From an uncultured Planctomycetaceae bacterium (lineage in GTDB: Bacteria > Planctomycetota > Planctomycetia > Isosphaerales > Isosphaeraceae), in NCBI GenBank assembly GCA_963833985.1, contig CAWIAD010000001.1, positions 1,664,001-1,728,000 on the forward strand: 64,000 bases of DNA. Direction: 5' to 3'. Positions 12,716 to 23,425 of this stretch are shown here, piece by piece. Under the pieces are notes generated by a model. It saw only the letters and a list, made by a program, of their open reading frames with translations, was not told where the DNA came from and did no database searches. The translations under genes were made by a program, and so were the position numbers. The stretch's first letter is position 1. Each line of letters begins with the position of its first letter.

Positions 12716-13052
12716 CACGCGACTCCCGCGGTCATCCCAGGCTCGCCCGGCGGTGCCTTCCCCCGGCGGCTTTCTCGAGGCAGTTCCAGGAGCCGTGTCA
12801 AACCGATGAACGTGGCACATACGCCCGCAGCCCCTGGCGGCCTTTCCCGGAGGCAGCACGATCCGTTTCAGCTCAGCTTATCCCAGATGCCAGAACCAAA
12901 TTCATTGTGCATCCTATCTTAAAGCAACGTCTCCGGTCTGTCACCCTGATACATCAAATCTTCAAGATGTGGAGAAAGGCGCCGGGAACCTCGACAGGGA
13001 CGCGCCTCGGCGTGGTTGCCCCTGGCACAGGTTCCCGGCGGTGGCTTCGATC

Positions 13053-13955
13053 TCAGCCCTTGAAGTCGTTATATCCGGGCGTGACCTGCTTGATGTTGGG
13101 CTCGATGTTGGCGTCCACCTTGCCGGTCGCCCAGCCCAGGGCGCCAAGCAGCAGGCCCTGGTACTTGGGGTTTTCCCAGACGTCCTCGCGGTGGCCCATC
13201 GAGGTGTAGAAGACGCGGCCCTTGCCGAACGACCGCGCCCAGGTCATGGGGTAATTGGGCCGCTGGTACATGCGGCCCTGCATTCCGCTGGTCACCTGGA
13301 CGAGGATCACGTGCAGGTCATCCGGCAGGTTCCGCAGCGAGTACCATTCGTCGTTGAGCGTGAACTGGCCCGATTCGCCAAAGCCCTTCTCCAGGCCGGG
13401 GAAGTGCGGATCCGCCACCTCGATCGTCACCTTCTGCTGGGCGCCATGGCCCGCGAACTCTCCGCCGATCATCTGCACGAACGGATCTTCGCCGCCCTTG
13501 TTGCGCGGCGGGTGATGGCCGAACGAGTCCGTCGCGGAGTGCATGCTGATGAACCCCTTGCCCCCGCGGATGGCGTCATAAAGCGCCTTCTCGCCGTCGC
13601 TGGAGAGGGGCGGGGTGCCATCGGTGCCCGGCCGGTTCAGGTTCCCGGTGGTGTAAAAGGCGAACGCGTCCCACTCGCCGATCTTGTCCGGCTCGAAGAG
13701 GGTCCCATCCTTCGAGGCCACCACCTCGAAGCCGTGCTCCTTGCCGATTTCCGTGAGTGTGCGCTCCGCCAGAGCAGGGTGCCCCTGCTTGTCACGGGTC
13801 ACCACGGAATGAGGAAAGCCGGAGCTCTTGGTGAAGAACAAGACCTTCTTGGTGCTTCCCTGGGATGCCCCCAGAGCGCGCCCGAACGCACCGGCACCCA
13901 GCCAGAGGGCGCCGCCGGCCAGCAGCAGCTCGCGACGGTTCAGATCACTCTTCAT
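13053..13955 (-). CDS. ThuA-domain protein with Tat signal
   Basis: LNRRELL Tat motif; FFTKSSGFPH, HSATD, GRVFYTSMGH motifs. Confidence 0.88.
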   Translation of the reverse strand: MKSDLNRRELLLAGGALWLGAGAFGRALGASQGSTKKVLFFTKSSGFPHSVVTRDKQGHPALAERTLTEIGKEHGFEVVASKDGTLFEPDKIGEWDAFAFYTTGNLNRPGTDGTPPLSSDGEKALYDAIRGGKGFISMHSATDSFGHHPPRNKGGEDPFVQMIGGEFAGHGAQQKVTIEVADPHFPGLEKGFGESGQFTLNDEWYSLRNLPDDLHVILVQVTSGMQGRMYQRPNYPMTWARSFGKGRVFYTSMGHREDVWENPKYQGLLLGALGWATGKVDANIEPNIKQVTPGYNDFKG

Positions 13956-14532
13956 GATTCAGTTCTCCTCGGGAAGATCGATCGCTCGGGGCGGTCCCGC
14001 GGGAGAAGGCCGTGACGGCAGACGACCTGGACCTCGATGGACGGGGCGCGCTGCCCCTTGCTCGGGGGTCCGTGTCTGCCGCTCTCCGAACTGGCCAACG
14101 CCCGCGCAGCGCGACCGGTCAGGCGGGGAACTCCCCCGCGAGGCAGCGATCGCCACGCCTCTTCTGTCCCTTGTACCGCACGCCGGAACCGAAAGATACC
14201 AGTCAGGGCGCGAACGCGGCGCTCGCATGGCCGCCGCCGGGAACCCGTCCAGATTCACCTTCGCTCAGGCGGCTCACAGTCGGCCGCGCGGCCCGCGGCT
14301 CACCTTCCGGCCTTCCCGCCTTCCGCCCTCCCGGGCACTTCGCATTGAGGTTGCGTGAAGCGGAGCGGAGGAGTAATCTGTGGCTCGAATGCCAGGCTCG
14401 CCGCTGGCCGCTCGTGCCGGCATGCCCGTTCCGCCGGCGGCAAGTCCGAAGCTGCGTGCTGACCAACACCCTCGCACGGACGCTGACGCTCGGCTCAGGT
14501 GTCCGGCCCCATGGTCCGGAGACGTGATCAGG

Positions 14533-14838
14533 ATGCCTCAACTCACCGCAGCAGCGGAATCCACGGACCGCTCACGACTTGCTCGACTCTCGACGACCAT
14601 CCGCGGCCAGCTCCAGTTCATGGACTACCTCGTGCGCGCCGCCGTCGCCGATGTGGAGCGGTTCCACGACGAGACCGACCCGGGCACGCGCATCTTCATC
14701 AAGCAACTGGTCGAGATGCACACCGCCAGCCTGCGGCATGAAAGTCAGAATGCTCGCATGATGACCGAGCTGTGCGCCCTGCTGGAGGAGATCGTCAGCA
14801 CGCCCGTGTCCGCGAGCGGCTCCGGAGAAAACGAATGA
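14533..14838 (+). CDS. Small helical hypothetical protein (paralogue A)
   Basis: GC3-rich ORF; ATGA overlap with next gene; gap-free similarity to it. Confidence 0.7.
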   Translation: MPQLTAAAESTDRSRLARLSTTIRGQLQFMDYLVRAAVADVERFHDETDPGTRIFIKQLVEMHTASLRHESQNARMMTELCALLEEIVSTPVSASGSGENE

Positions 14839-15194
14839 CCGCGTCCAACAATGGCATGCTCGACGACGTTTCCCTGCGGGACGACGATGACCCGGCCGAC
14901 GACTTCGACGAGGGGCTCGAATCCGCGCCCCGCTTCATCGTATCCTCCGAGCTCAGGCGATCGCTGGCCGAGGTCAAGGGACAGGCCCAGTTCCTGCTCT
15001 ACCTGGCCGACCAGATCGAGGAGTCGATCGAGCAGTTGACCCACGAATCCGACCACTGCCACGGCGCCTTCCTGTGCAAGGTCCTGGGAATGTATTCCAG
15101 CCAGCTCGAGACCAAGCACCAGGGGCTGGGCGAGCGCATCGCCGAGACCTGCCAGGAAATCTACGTGACCGTCCGCGAGCAGGAGCCGGGCTAA
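14835..15194 (+). CDS. Small helical hypothetical protein (paralogue B)
   Basis: GGAG RBS, translational coupling, GQxQFxxYL motif shared with upstream ORF. Confidence 0.7.
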   Translation: MTASNNGMLDDVSLRDDDDPADDFDEGLESAPRFIVSSELRRSLAEVKGQAQFLLYLADQIEESIEQLTHESDHCHGAFLCKVLGMYSSQLETKHQGLGERIAETCQEIYVTVREQEPG

Positions 15195-15325
15195 TAGATC
15201 CTCGCCTCCTGGAATGTGGTCCAGCCGCCCTCGGCTGGCTCGGTACGGCCGCGGGCGACCGTCCCACACTGGCACCATCACTCTGCCACCGGCCGCGGCG
15301 CACGAGCACCAGCACGACGCCACCC

Positions 15326-16066
15326 CTACCCGCGGACCCGGCTCACCCCCAGCCTGAGCAGGATCCAGAGCGCCAGGGCCGCCTCGCGTGAGTTGATCTT
15401 CGAGGTGCCGGAGCGGCGGTTCTCGAAGAGGATCGGGGTCTCACCGATCCGGCATCCGACCCGCTTGCACCAGTAGAGAATCTCCTCCTGGAACGAGTAC
15501 CCGCGCGACCGCACCCGGGTCAGGTCGATCTCCGCCAGCTTGCTCACGCGATAGCAGCGGAAGGCGCCGCTGTTGTCCTTGCTGTTCAGTCCCAGCAGCA
15601 GCCGGGCGTACCAGTTGATGCCCGAGCTCATGAACTTGCGCTTGAACGTGAAACCGCCCTCGACTCCACCTCCGGGCACGTAGCGTGAGCCGATCATCAC
15701 GTCGTACTCGCGCATGCCGTCCACCAGGGCCGGAATGAACCGGGGAGGATGGCTGAAGTCGGCGTCGAGGTTCAGCAGGTAGTCGAACTGGTTGCGAACC
15801 GCATAGCCGACCGCCTCGAGCATCGCCGTGCCCAGGCCCAGCTTGCCCGGCCGGTGCAGCACCTGAATCGACGACAGCGCGCCGGCCAGCTCGTCGGCAA
15901 TCCGACCCGTGCCGTCGGGTGAGTTGTCATCGATCACCAGGATCGAACACTCCGGAGCGAACTCGCGAATCGACTGCACGAGCGGCCTGAGATTGCCGGC
16001 TTCGTTGTAGGTGGCCAGTGAGACCAGCAGCCTGGGCCTGGCGGGAGAAGCAGGAGAGTCTGACAC
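15326..16066 (-). CDS. Polyprenol monophosphomannose synthase-like GT2
   Basis: TYNEAGN, DDNSPDGTG, KLGLGTA, LDADFSHPP, GSRYVPGG, GYSFQEE motifs. Confidence 0.9.
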   Translation of the reverse strand: MSDSPASPARPRLLVSLATYNEAGNLRPLVQSIREFAPECSILVIDDNSPDGTGRIADELAGALSSIQVLHRPGKLGLGTAMLEAVGYAVRNQFDYLLNLDADFSHPPRFIPALVDGMREYDVMIGSRYVPGGGVEGGFTFKRKFMSSGINWYARLLLGLNSKDNSGAFRCYRVSKLAEIDLTRVRSRGYSFQEEILYWCKRVGCRIGETPILFENRRSGTSKINSREAALALWILLRLGVSRVRG

Positions 16067-16939
16067 TTGAGATCATCCAGTCAATCAGTGCAGCCTGTTC
16101 CCGGTGAACTCGGCGGCGGGGCGAAACTCCATCCTGACCCTGCCGCGGGATCGGTGGAAGCGGGGTCCGTCCTGAAGTCCGTGGCCGCTCGCCGACGCCG
16201 CGGATACGGCGCAACGGGTGCGGGTCAGTTCCTTTGGTTCGCCAGATTATCGCCGGAACAGAGGATGCGCCAAGCCGAGTCACCCCGGCGCGGGCGTTTT
16301 GCCACACACCCCCGGCGCTGCCGACGTCCCGACGCGGCGTTTGCCAGGACCTGCCGCCGGACCCATGAGGGAACGAAATCGCGGAAAGTCCAGATAGGCA
16401 GGATATGCCCAGCGGAGCGCCGACGCACCGAGTTGACGGCCTTGGCCATCCTGGGCATCTTGGGTATCTTGGCATGCATGCCACGGCGGCCACGGTTGCG
16501 CTTCGGTGGGTTGTGCGACGGCGGGCTCGGGGACGGGAACGGTCTCGGCGGGCTCAAAGCTGGCGTGCGAAGAGAAGCAGGTGCCACCTCAACTCCGATC
16601 GATCCCTGGGTGCGACGACACGACATCGTTTCGCTGCGGCGGGTCATCGATGCCAGCCCTCCCGGGAAGAGGGTGGCGCGGAAGCACCGGGGTGAACCGA
16701 AGTGGCGACACCTGCTTTTCGAAGGGCACGTATGACGGACCCGCACGTCGAATAACGGCGTGCCCGGACCGTTATGAAACCTTTCGGTCCTTGCTCGTGC
16801 ATTTCATCAATGGAACCCTGCGTTTCATTGGCCCGGCAGGAAGCTTCTCAGCGCGATGCCGCATGGACGCACGCCGCTCCGCCACGGCCTGGCACGGCCC
16901 GGCGCGGCCCGGATAAGACAAGCCGCCCGGTGCTGCTGC

Positions 16940-18333
16940 TCACCGCGACTGCCTGAGACGCGTGAAGAGCTGGCTATACGGTGCGTGATCGTGCGGGGTC
17001 TCCGCCCTCAGTCCCAGGATCTGGGCCGGCGGCGTCTCCTGGGAGGACTCGTCCTCATCCGGCCCGGCAGGCGTTGACGGCCGGGCGTGCGCTGCTCGGT
17101 CCGCGGCCGCTGTGGGTGGAGTCAGACGGTCGCGGTTCCGCGCCCACTCCGTCCAGGCCTGAAGGGCCGCATAATGGTCCTCGATCATCTCCTCGCTGGG
17201 GAGCTCGCTCGCCGGATCCTCGGCGTCGAGGTCGACGGGTTCGACCGCGCGACCCGCGCCGGCCTCAGCGACCAGGGCAGGGGGCGGTGCGCTCGGTTCC
17301 CCCCGGCCTCAGGCGGTTCGGGGAATGCTTCATCCTCGGCCTCGAGGTTACCCTCCCAGCCCACCTCGATCAGCCCGTCCTCAACCCGGAGCGGCGGCCT
17401 GCTTGGAACCAGCGACAGCGTCGATGCCGGTGCCGGTGTCGAGGTCGGCCCTTGCGGTGCCGTGCGGGAATCGTCCGCCAGCGGCAACGTGTGCGGCTTG
17501 CGCGGACGGTCCAGCCCGGGCGCCGCTTCGGCAGGCGGTGCGGGCGCCGCCGCAGCCGCGCCGGGCAAGGCGGTGGGAGCTCGCTCCCTGAGCGCCTGGC
17601 GTGCCAGGTTCAGGAGCACCCGGGGGTTGCCCCGGGCATCGCGGTGCAGGCCGTCCAGCGTTTCGCGGTCGACCGGGATCTGGCCGCCCAGGCCGCGCAT
17701 CAAGGCGACCGACTCGTCAAGATCCAGGGGCAGCAGGTGCACGTGCTTCTGGATCCGGGTGGCCAGGCCGCCGTGCCTGCGATCCATGAGTTTCCGGGAA
17801 AGCTCGGTCGGCCCGACCAGGATCATGGCGCCGAAGCCGTAGCCGAAGCCGGAGCCCTGCACGGATTCCATGGCGTGAGCCAGCGCCAGTAGCTCATCGA
17901 GCACCGGCGGCGGGGCGTTCTGGGCGTTTTCGATGACCAGCAGACAGTGCCGTCCCGACCTGGCATCATCCTGGAGCTCTCGTGCCACAGCGATCCGCGC
18001 TTCGGCCAGGCGGCCCCTGGGCTCGATTTCCAGTCCTTCACAGACCAGGTACAGGAAGCCGGTCGCATCGAGTTCTCCGGCCATGTCCACGGAGACCCAG
18101 CGCCAGTTTTTCGGCAGCTCCTCCACGAGCCCGCGCCAGACCCAGGACTTGCCCGATCCCGATTCGCCGGTCAGCAGCACCAGGGAAGGCTCGCCCTGCT
18201 CCAGGACGGCATGCAGTTGCGCAATCGCCAGACTGCGGCTGGAGACGGCAAGATCGCGCGCCCTGGCGCCTGGCCCTCGGTATGTGGGCCCTCGGTATGT
18301 GTCGTTCCGCCCGGCATCCCGGAATCCGTTCAT
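16940..18333 (-). CDS. ExeA-like AAA ATPase; frameshift near 17300
   Basis: Walker A GESGSGKS and degenerate Walker B (IENAQ); likely C-terminus (EEMIEDHYAALQAWTEW..YSQLFTRLRQ) lies in another frame after a G6 run. Confidence 0.7.
18272..18301. repeat. Perfect 15-bp tandem duplication
   Basis: GGCCCTCGGTATGTG x2, encoding TYRGP-TYRGP in the ExeA-like N-terminus. Confidence 0.9.
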
Positions 18334-18606
18334 CGCTGTCCACGTCCTTTCCCTATCCATCCGGTGGAGGGGGCGCACCCGTTCCTCTCTTCTCTTAGTT
18401 CGGTGACCGGAGGGCACAGGCTTGAGCACGCTTGCAGGGGGACTTTCGGCCTGGCGCGCTGCGGCTCATCCCCAAATTGCCGTGCCCCTTCGGTTTTTGT
18501 TAGAATGGCGGTCCTGTGGAAACGAACGGATCGTAGGAAATGCCAGGGGCAATGCCCCGGGGACGGCCGGCGGGTGAACCCCCGGTCTCAGGGCGAAAGG
18601 TGAACC

Positions 18607-19500
18607 GTGGCAACCGATTCCGGTACCATCAACGACGACAAGATCGGGAGCTACCGGCTGGTCCGGGTGATTCACCCCGGCGCCACTTCCATGGTCATCG
18701 AGGTCGTCCAGGAGGCCAGCCAGAAGCGATTCGCGCTGAAGCAATTGCTGGCGTCTCGCGCGGCGGATCGTGAGGAGCGGAGGACCTTCGAGAACGAGGC
18801 CCGAATCGGCATGGAGCTGCGGCATCCAAACCTTGTCCGGGTCCACGAATATGTCAAGGACCCGGAGCAGCCCTACTTCGTGATGGACTTTTTTCCAGGC
18901 TACCACCTGAAGCTTCCCATTGCCCGCCCCTCCGTCTATCCCCTGCCCAAAACGCAGCTACACCGCATCCTGGAACAGGCGGCCGCGGCGATTGCTTACA
19001 TGCATGATAAGGGCTGGACACACCGCGACGTGAAGCCTGAAAACATCCTGGCGAACAAGTCCGGGGAGGCACGCGTGATTGATTACGCGCTTGCCATGAG
19101 GCCGTTTTCCGGTTTCCGCAAGCTCTTTGGCGGCAAGATCCCGCGCCAGGGCACTCCGAGCTATATCTCCCCCGAACAGATTCGTTGTGAGCCGCCCACG
19201 CCGCTCGCCGATATTTACAGCTTCGGTATCACCTGTTATGAACTAGCGTGCGGTCGTCCACCGTTCCGGGCCAATTCCCTGCAAGAGCTGCTGAACAAGC
19301 ACTTACAGGAACGGCCGGTGGCGCTGACCATGCATAACAATCTGGTCACCCCCGAATTCTCGGACCTGGTTCTGAAGATGATCACGAAGCGGCCGGCGGA
19401 CCGGCTGGCCAGCCTGCACGAGTTCTTGACACGATTCCGGTCGGTTCGGATCTTCCAGGATGACGCGGCCGCCAGCCCGCCCGGAAATGGACTGTTCTGA
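18607..19500 (+). CDS. Hanks-type Ser/Thr protein kinase (kinase domain only)
   Basis: ALK, HPNLV, HRDVKPEN, DYA (DFG position), GTPSYISPEQ, DIYSFG motifs. Confidence 0.92.
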   Translation: MATDSGTINDDKIGSYRLVRVIHPGATSMVIEVVQEASQKRFALKQLLASRAADREERRTFENEARIGMELRHPNLVRVHEYVKDPEQPYFVMDFFPGYHLKLPIARPSVYPLPKTQLHRILEQAAAAIAYMHDKGWTHRDVKPENILANKSGEARVIDYALAMRPFSGFRKLFGGKIPRQGTPSYISPEQIRCEPPTPLADIYSFGITCYELACGRPPFRANSLQELLNKHLQERPVALTMHNNLVTPEFSDLVLKMITKRPADRLASLHEFLTRFRSVRIFQDDAAASPPGNGLF

Positions 19501-19632
19501 AGCGTCTGATCTCAGGGTGAAGCTCTCCGGACCGTGGTGAGCCCATGCCCGAGGCGGACCGAACTCCCGACTCGCTCACGATCTGCGAACGGATTATCCC
19601 GCGATCCGGCCCTGGCCGAGGATCCCCCTTTC

Positions 19633-20676
19633 ATGCCGAGCCCCAGCGATCATCGGTTGCCCTTCGAGGCGCCCATCTACGAGATGGAAACGCGCCTGGG
19701 CGAGATGGAAACCCAGTACTCCAAGAGCCGCGGCGCGGGCGATACCTCCAGGATCGGCGAGCAGATCCGCCGGCTGCGCCGCGAGCTGGCCGCCCTCAAG
19801 CGCGAGATCTATTCCCATCTCGACGCGTGGCAGACCGTCCAGGTCTCACGGCACCCGCAACGGCCCCAGACACGCGATTACCTCGGCCTGCTTTTCGAGC
19901 AATTCCTGGAGCTGCATGGCGACCGCGCCATCGGCGACGACAAGGCCATCGTGACCGGCCTGGCTCACATTGACGACCTGAAGGTCATGTTCGTCGGCCA
20001 CCAGAAAGGCAAGAACCTCGCCGAGCGCACCGCCTGCCACTTCGGCTGCGCCCATCCCGAGGGCTATCGCAAGGCCCTGCTGAAGATGCGCCTGGCCGCC
20101 AAGCTCGGCCTGCCGGTGATCTCGTTCATCGACACCCCCGGGGCTTACCCGGGAGTCTCCGCCGAGGAGCGGGGACAGGCGGCCATCATCGCCGAGAGCC
20201 TCATGGAGATGAGCCAGATCCGCACGCCGATCGTCTGCGTGGTAATTGGCGAGGGAGGGTCCGGCGGAGCGCTCGGGATCGGCGTGGGCGATCGGCTGGG
20301 CATGCTTCAGCACACCTATTATTCGGTCATCAGCCCGGAAGGATGCGCGTCGATCCTCTGGAAAGGGAGCGAGCACGCCCCCAAGGCGGCCGCCGCGCTC
20401 AAGTTTACCAGCCGCGACCTGCTGCGCTTTGGCATCGCCGACGAGATCATCCCGGAACCCCCCGGCGGCGCTCACCGCGACCATCGCCTGGCCACTTCCA
20501 ATCTGAAGTCGTTCCTGCTCCGCCACCTCAGGGAGCTCAAGACCACCCACCTCGACGACCTGCTCGAAAACCGTTACCAGAAGTACCGCAAGATCGGCGT
20601 CTTCAGCGAATCCGTCGCACCGACGGAAGGCCTGCACGACCAAGCCGTCAACGGCAAGGCCGAGGCTACGGTCTGA
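19633..20676 (+). CDS. accA: Acetyl-CoA carboxylase carboxyltransferase alpha subunit
   Basis: RHPQRP, ELHGDR, PEGYRKA, IDTPGAYPG, GEGGSGGAL, YSVISPEGCA motifs. Confidence 0.97.
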   Translation: MPSPSDHRLPFEAPIYEMETRLGEMETQYSKSRGAGDTSRIGEQIRRLRRELAALKREIYSHLDAWQTVQVSRHPQRPQTRDYLGLLFEQFLELHGDRAIGDDKAIVTGLAHIDDLKVMFVGHQKGKNLAERTACHFGCAHPEGYRKALLKMRLAAKLGLPVISFIDTPGAYPGVSAEERGQAAIIAESLMEMSQIRTPIVCVVIGEGGSGGALGIGVGDRLGMLQHTYYSVISPEGCASILWKGSEHAPKAAAALKFTSRDLLRFGIADEIIPEPPGGAHRDHRLATSNLKSFLLRHLRELKTTHLDDLLENRYQKYRKIGVFSESVAPTEGLHDQAVNGKAEATV

Positions 20677-20784
20677 GCGTCGCGCTCCAGAGAGCGGTGC
20701 GCGAATTGTCTTTCCTTGCGGCGAGTACCAGTCGTCGCTCGCTGGCGATACTCTCCCAGCAACCCCGGTCGGTCGGGTCCCGGC

Positions 20785-23336
20785 TCACGGCCGGGCATAC
20801 CAGAGGGACTGCCAGTATTTTCGCTCCGTGGCATAGACGTCGATCGGATCGCTTGCGGTCACCGCGGCGTCGAGGATGCCGAAACGCTTCATCTCGCGCA
20901 CCCAGTCAACGCGGGGACGGAAGCCCGGCATGTCGAACCGCGTGACCTGCTCCAGGTAGGTCTTGCCCGCCGCGATCATGACCAGCAGTTTCTGGTAATC
21001 CGGGTCGGCCGTTGTGGCGAAGGCCGGCGCGGGTTTCCCGGACCTGGGGTCGCGGCAGAGCTCCCACCCGCCGCCGGAGCCGGCAAGGGGGGAGAGCAGC
21101 ATGAGCGACTTCTGGGGCCGGGAGAGGTTGAAGACGATGTGCCGGCTGGTGTTCAGCCGCCGGTCGCCCATCCTGGGCTGCCAGAAAGAGACGCCCGTCT
21201 CATCGCAAAGGCTTCTCGGCAGCGAGCGGCCGCGATGGTCATGGCAGACTGCGCACCGCTTCTGGAACACCGGCGCCGCGGCAAGCGTTGCGGGCCAGTC
21301 CGTATCGACATTGACCATGCTGTTCTCGGCATAGTTGCCGATCATGCCGGTGCCCAGCGCGGCGTAGGTACCGGGATAGGCGGCTCCCGAGTCGATCCAG
21401 AGCCGGAGCAACGTCTTCTGCTGCGGCGTGGCCGAGACACCGTGGTGAGTTCCTCCCAGCAACGTGAGCAGCCGGCTAGCCGATGATCCGAGATGCCGCG
21501 GCGGGTAGTTGCTCCGGGGCATGTTCCGGCCGTCGGAGAACAGCCTGGCGATCGTCATCATGTAGTAGCTCTGACTGTACAGCGGACCGTGATCGCCGCT
21601 GAGAATGAGCCCCCCGGCCGCGGGCCTCCCGCCGGGGTGGGCTCATAACCATGGCAGCGCACGCAGAGGGCGTCGAGAACCGGCTGCACGTCGCGCGGGT
21701 AGTCGATCACCTCGGGCACGCCGGCAACCGGCTCGATCTTGCTGGCAGGCCGGCGCACGGCCAGCGAGGCCAACGCAGCGTACGAGTTGTCGGGCGTGCG
21801 CGTGCGTTGCTCGTGACAACCGACACAGCTCGAAGTCTCGCCCGGCTGAACCGTGAGAAAGCTCTGCATCCGCTTGACCGAGAGCTGGTTCCTGTCCAGC
21901 GCGACGAAGAAGAAGCTGCGCAGGGCGGGCAATTCCAGATAGGCCGATCCGTCCGGTTCCACGGGGACCGTACCCACGATGCGCTCGAGCGTGAAGGTGC
22001 CGCCATAGCTGATCGGCTCCATGCCTCCGGTGTAATGGATGGGCATGGGGAGCGATTCCAGGACCAGCAGCGACCTGATGTCTCCGGGCTGAACACCCTC
22101 CATGTTGCGGCCCTGGTAGATGTTCGCCAGGGCCAGCCGCCCGGTTGCCGCCCCTGGCTCGACCCGGTCCGCGATGACCACATCGCGGCGCCGTGGTGCC
22201 AGGGGACGCGGTTCGTACAGATGCATGCCGGCTTTCGCGTCCTGATCGGGAAGGCGAAAGAGCGTTTGTTGTTCGCCCTTGCCGTTCATGACCACGAGTT
22301 CCGTTCCGAGCGCGGCCATGAAGCAGTTTTCCGAGAACGCCCAGGGGTCGCAGTACTGATCGCCTCGGCTCACTCGCCGCACCGCGGCCGGCTGGTCGGG
22401 CCCGGACCGGGGATCGACCACGCAGATGGCCCCGGCATGTTCGGGCTGGCCGTGGCCGGGAGAGAAGCTCGCCACCACCTTGTCGCAGCCGGGAATGGGC
22501 TTGGCGTCAATCATCACGGTTCCCGGGTGCTGGTTGCCGAACCAGACCATCTGGGCAGTGCCGTCCGGATTCGCCGTCCAGAGGTGGTGGTAGTCCACCT
22601 GGCTGCGATCCACGTATTCCCAGCGGGTGTAGAGAACTCGCCCGTCGGCAAGCGGCCAGGGTGTGTTGTCCTGTTCGTTGTTGCTGGAGATGGGACGGAT
22701 GTTGCGGCCCTTGCGATCGCAACGGTGCATGATCGCCACCTGTGTCAGCCAGCAGTTGACCCAGCGCTTGCAGCGGGTCGATATGAAGACGATGTCGCCT
22801 CCGGGCAGGTAAGTCGGCTCGAAGTCGTCGAAGTCGCCCTCGGTGAGCTGGCGCAGGCCCTTGCCATCGGCGCCGATCTCGAACAGGTGGTACGTTTCGG
22901 TTCCCCCACGGCGGTAACTGAAGAGGATGGTCGTGCCATCGTAGCTGACCTGAGGGTCGCGCACTCCGCCCCGCGGGTCGTCAAGCAGCGTGCTGAGCTG
23001 GCCCGTCGCCAGGCTCCACTTGTAAAGCCTCGCTCCCTCACGCCAGGCCTTGCGCGCGGGGTCGTGCGCGTAGTAACCGATGTTGGCGTACCAGTGCCCG
23101 TCGGTCTCGTTCATCCTCCGCGCGGCGAAGACGACGTCCGTCACTCCGCGCATCGGTCCGGCGCGGGACTGCTCGATCAGCGTCTTGCCGGCCGTGGTTG
23201 GCACGGCGGACCCCGCATCGCCCGCGGCCAGCACCACCGTGGAACCGAGGCACGCGAGGAAGCAGACGCAACCGCGCAGCATTTTCCGCGAACGGGTCCG
23301 CGGCCCACGAAAATGAGGAATCGAATAAGCTTTCAT
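20785..23336 (-). CDS. Hydrazine synthase alpha-subunit-like protein (TolB-like propeller, HZS middle domain, c-type hemes); frameshift near 21610
   Basis: Propeller repeats (FISTRC, YTRWEYVDR), GTVPVEPDGSA..PA..ALD..VKRMQSF middle-domain motif, three CxxCH (CVGCH, CVRCH, CAVCH); frame break in a C6 run. Confidence 0.78.
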
Positions 23337-23425
23337 AACGGCACCTTTTTCCAGACGGGTTGCGCCCGCAAGCGTGCGGGCCGAGGATGGCTCACCGGGT
23401 GGGGAGGGAGGGCCAGGTATCGTCT

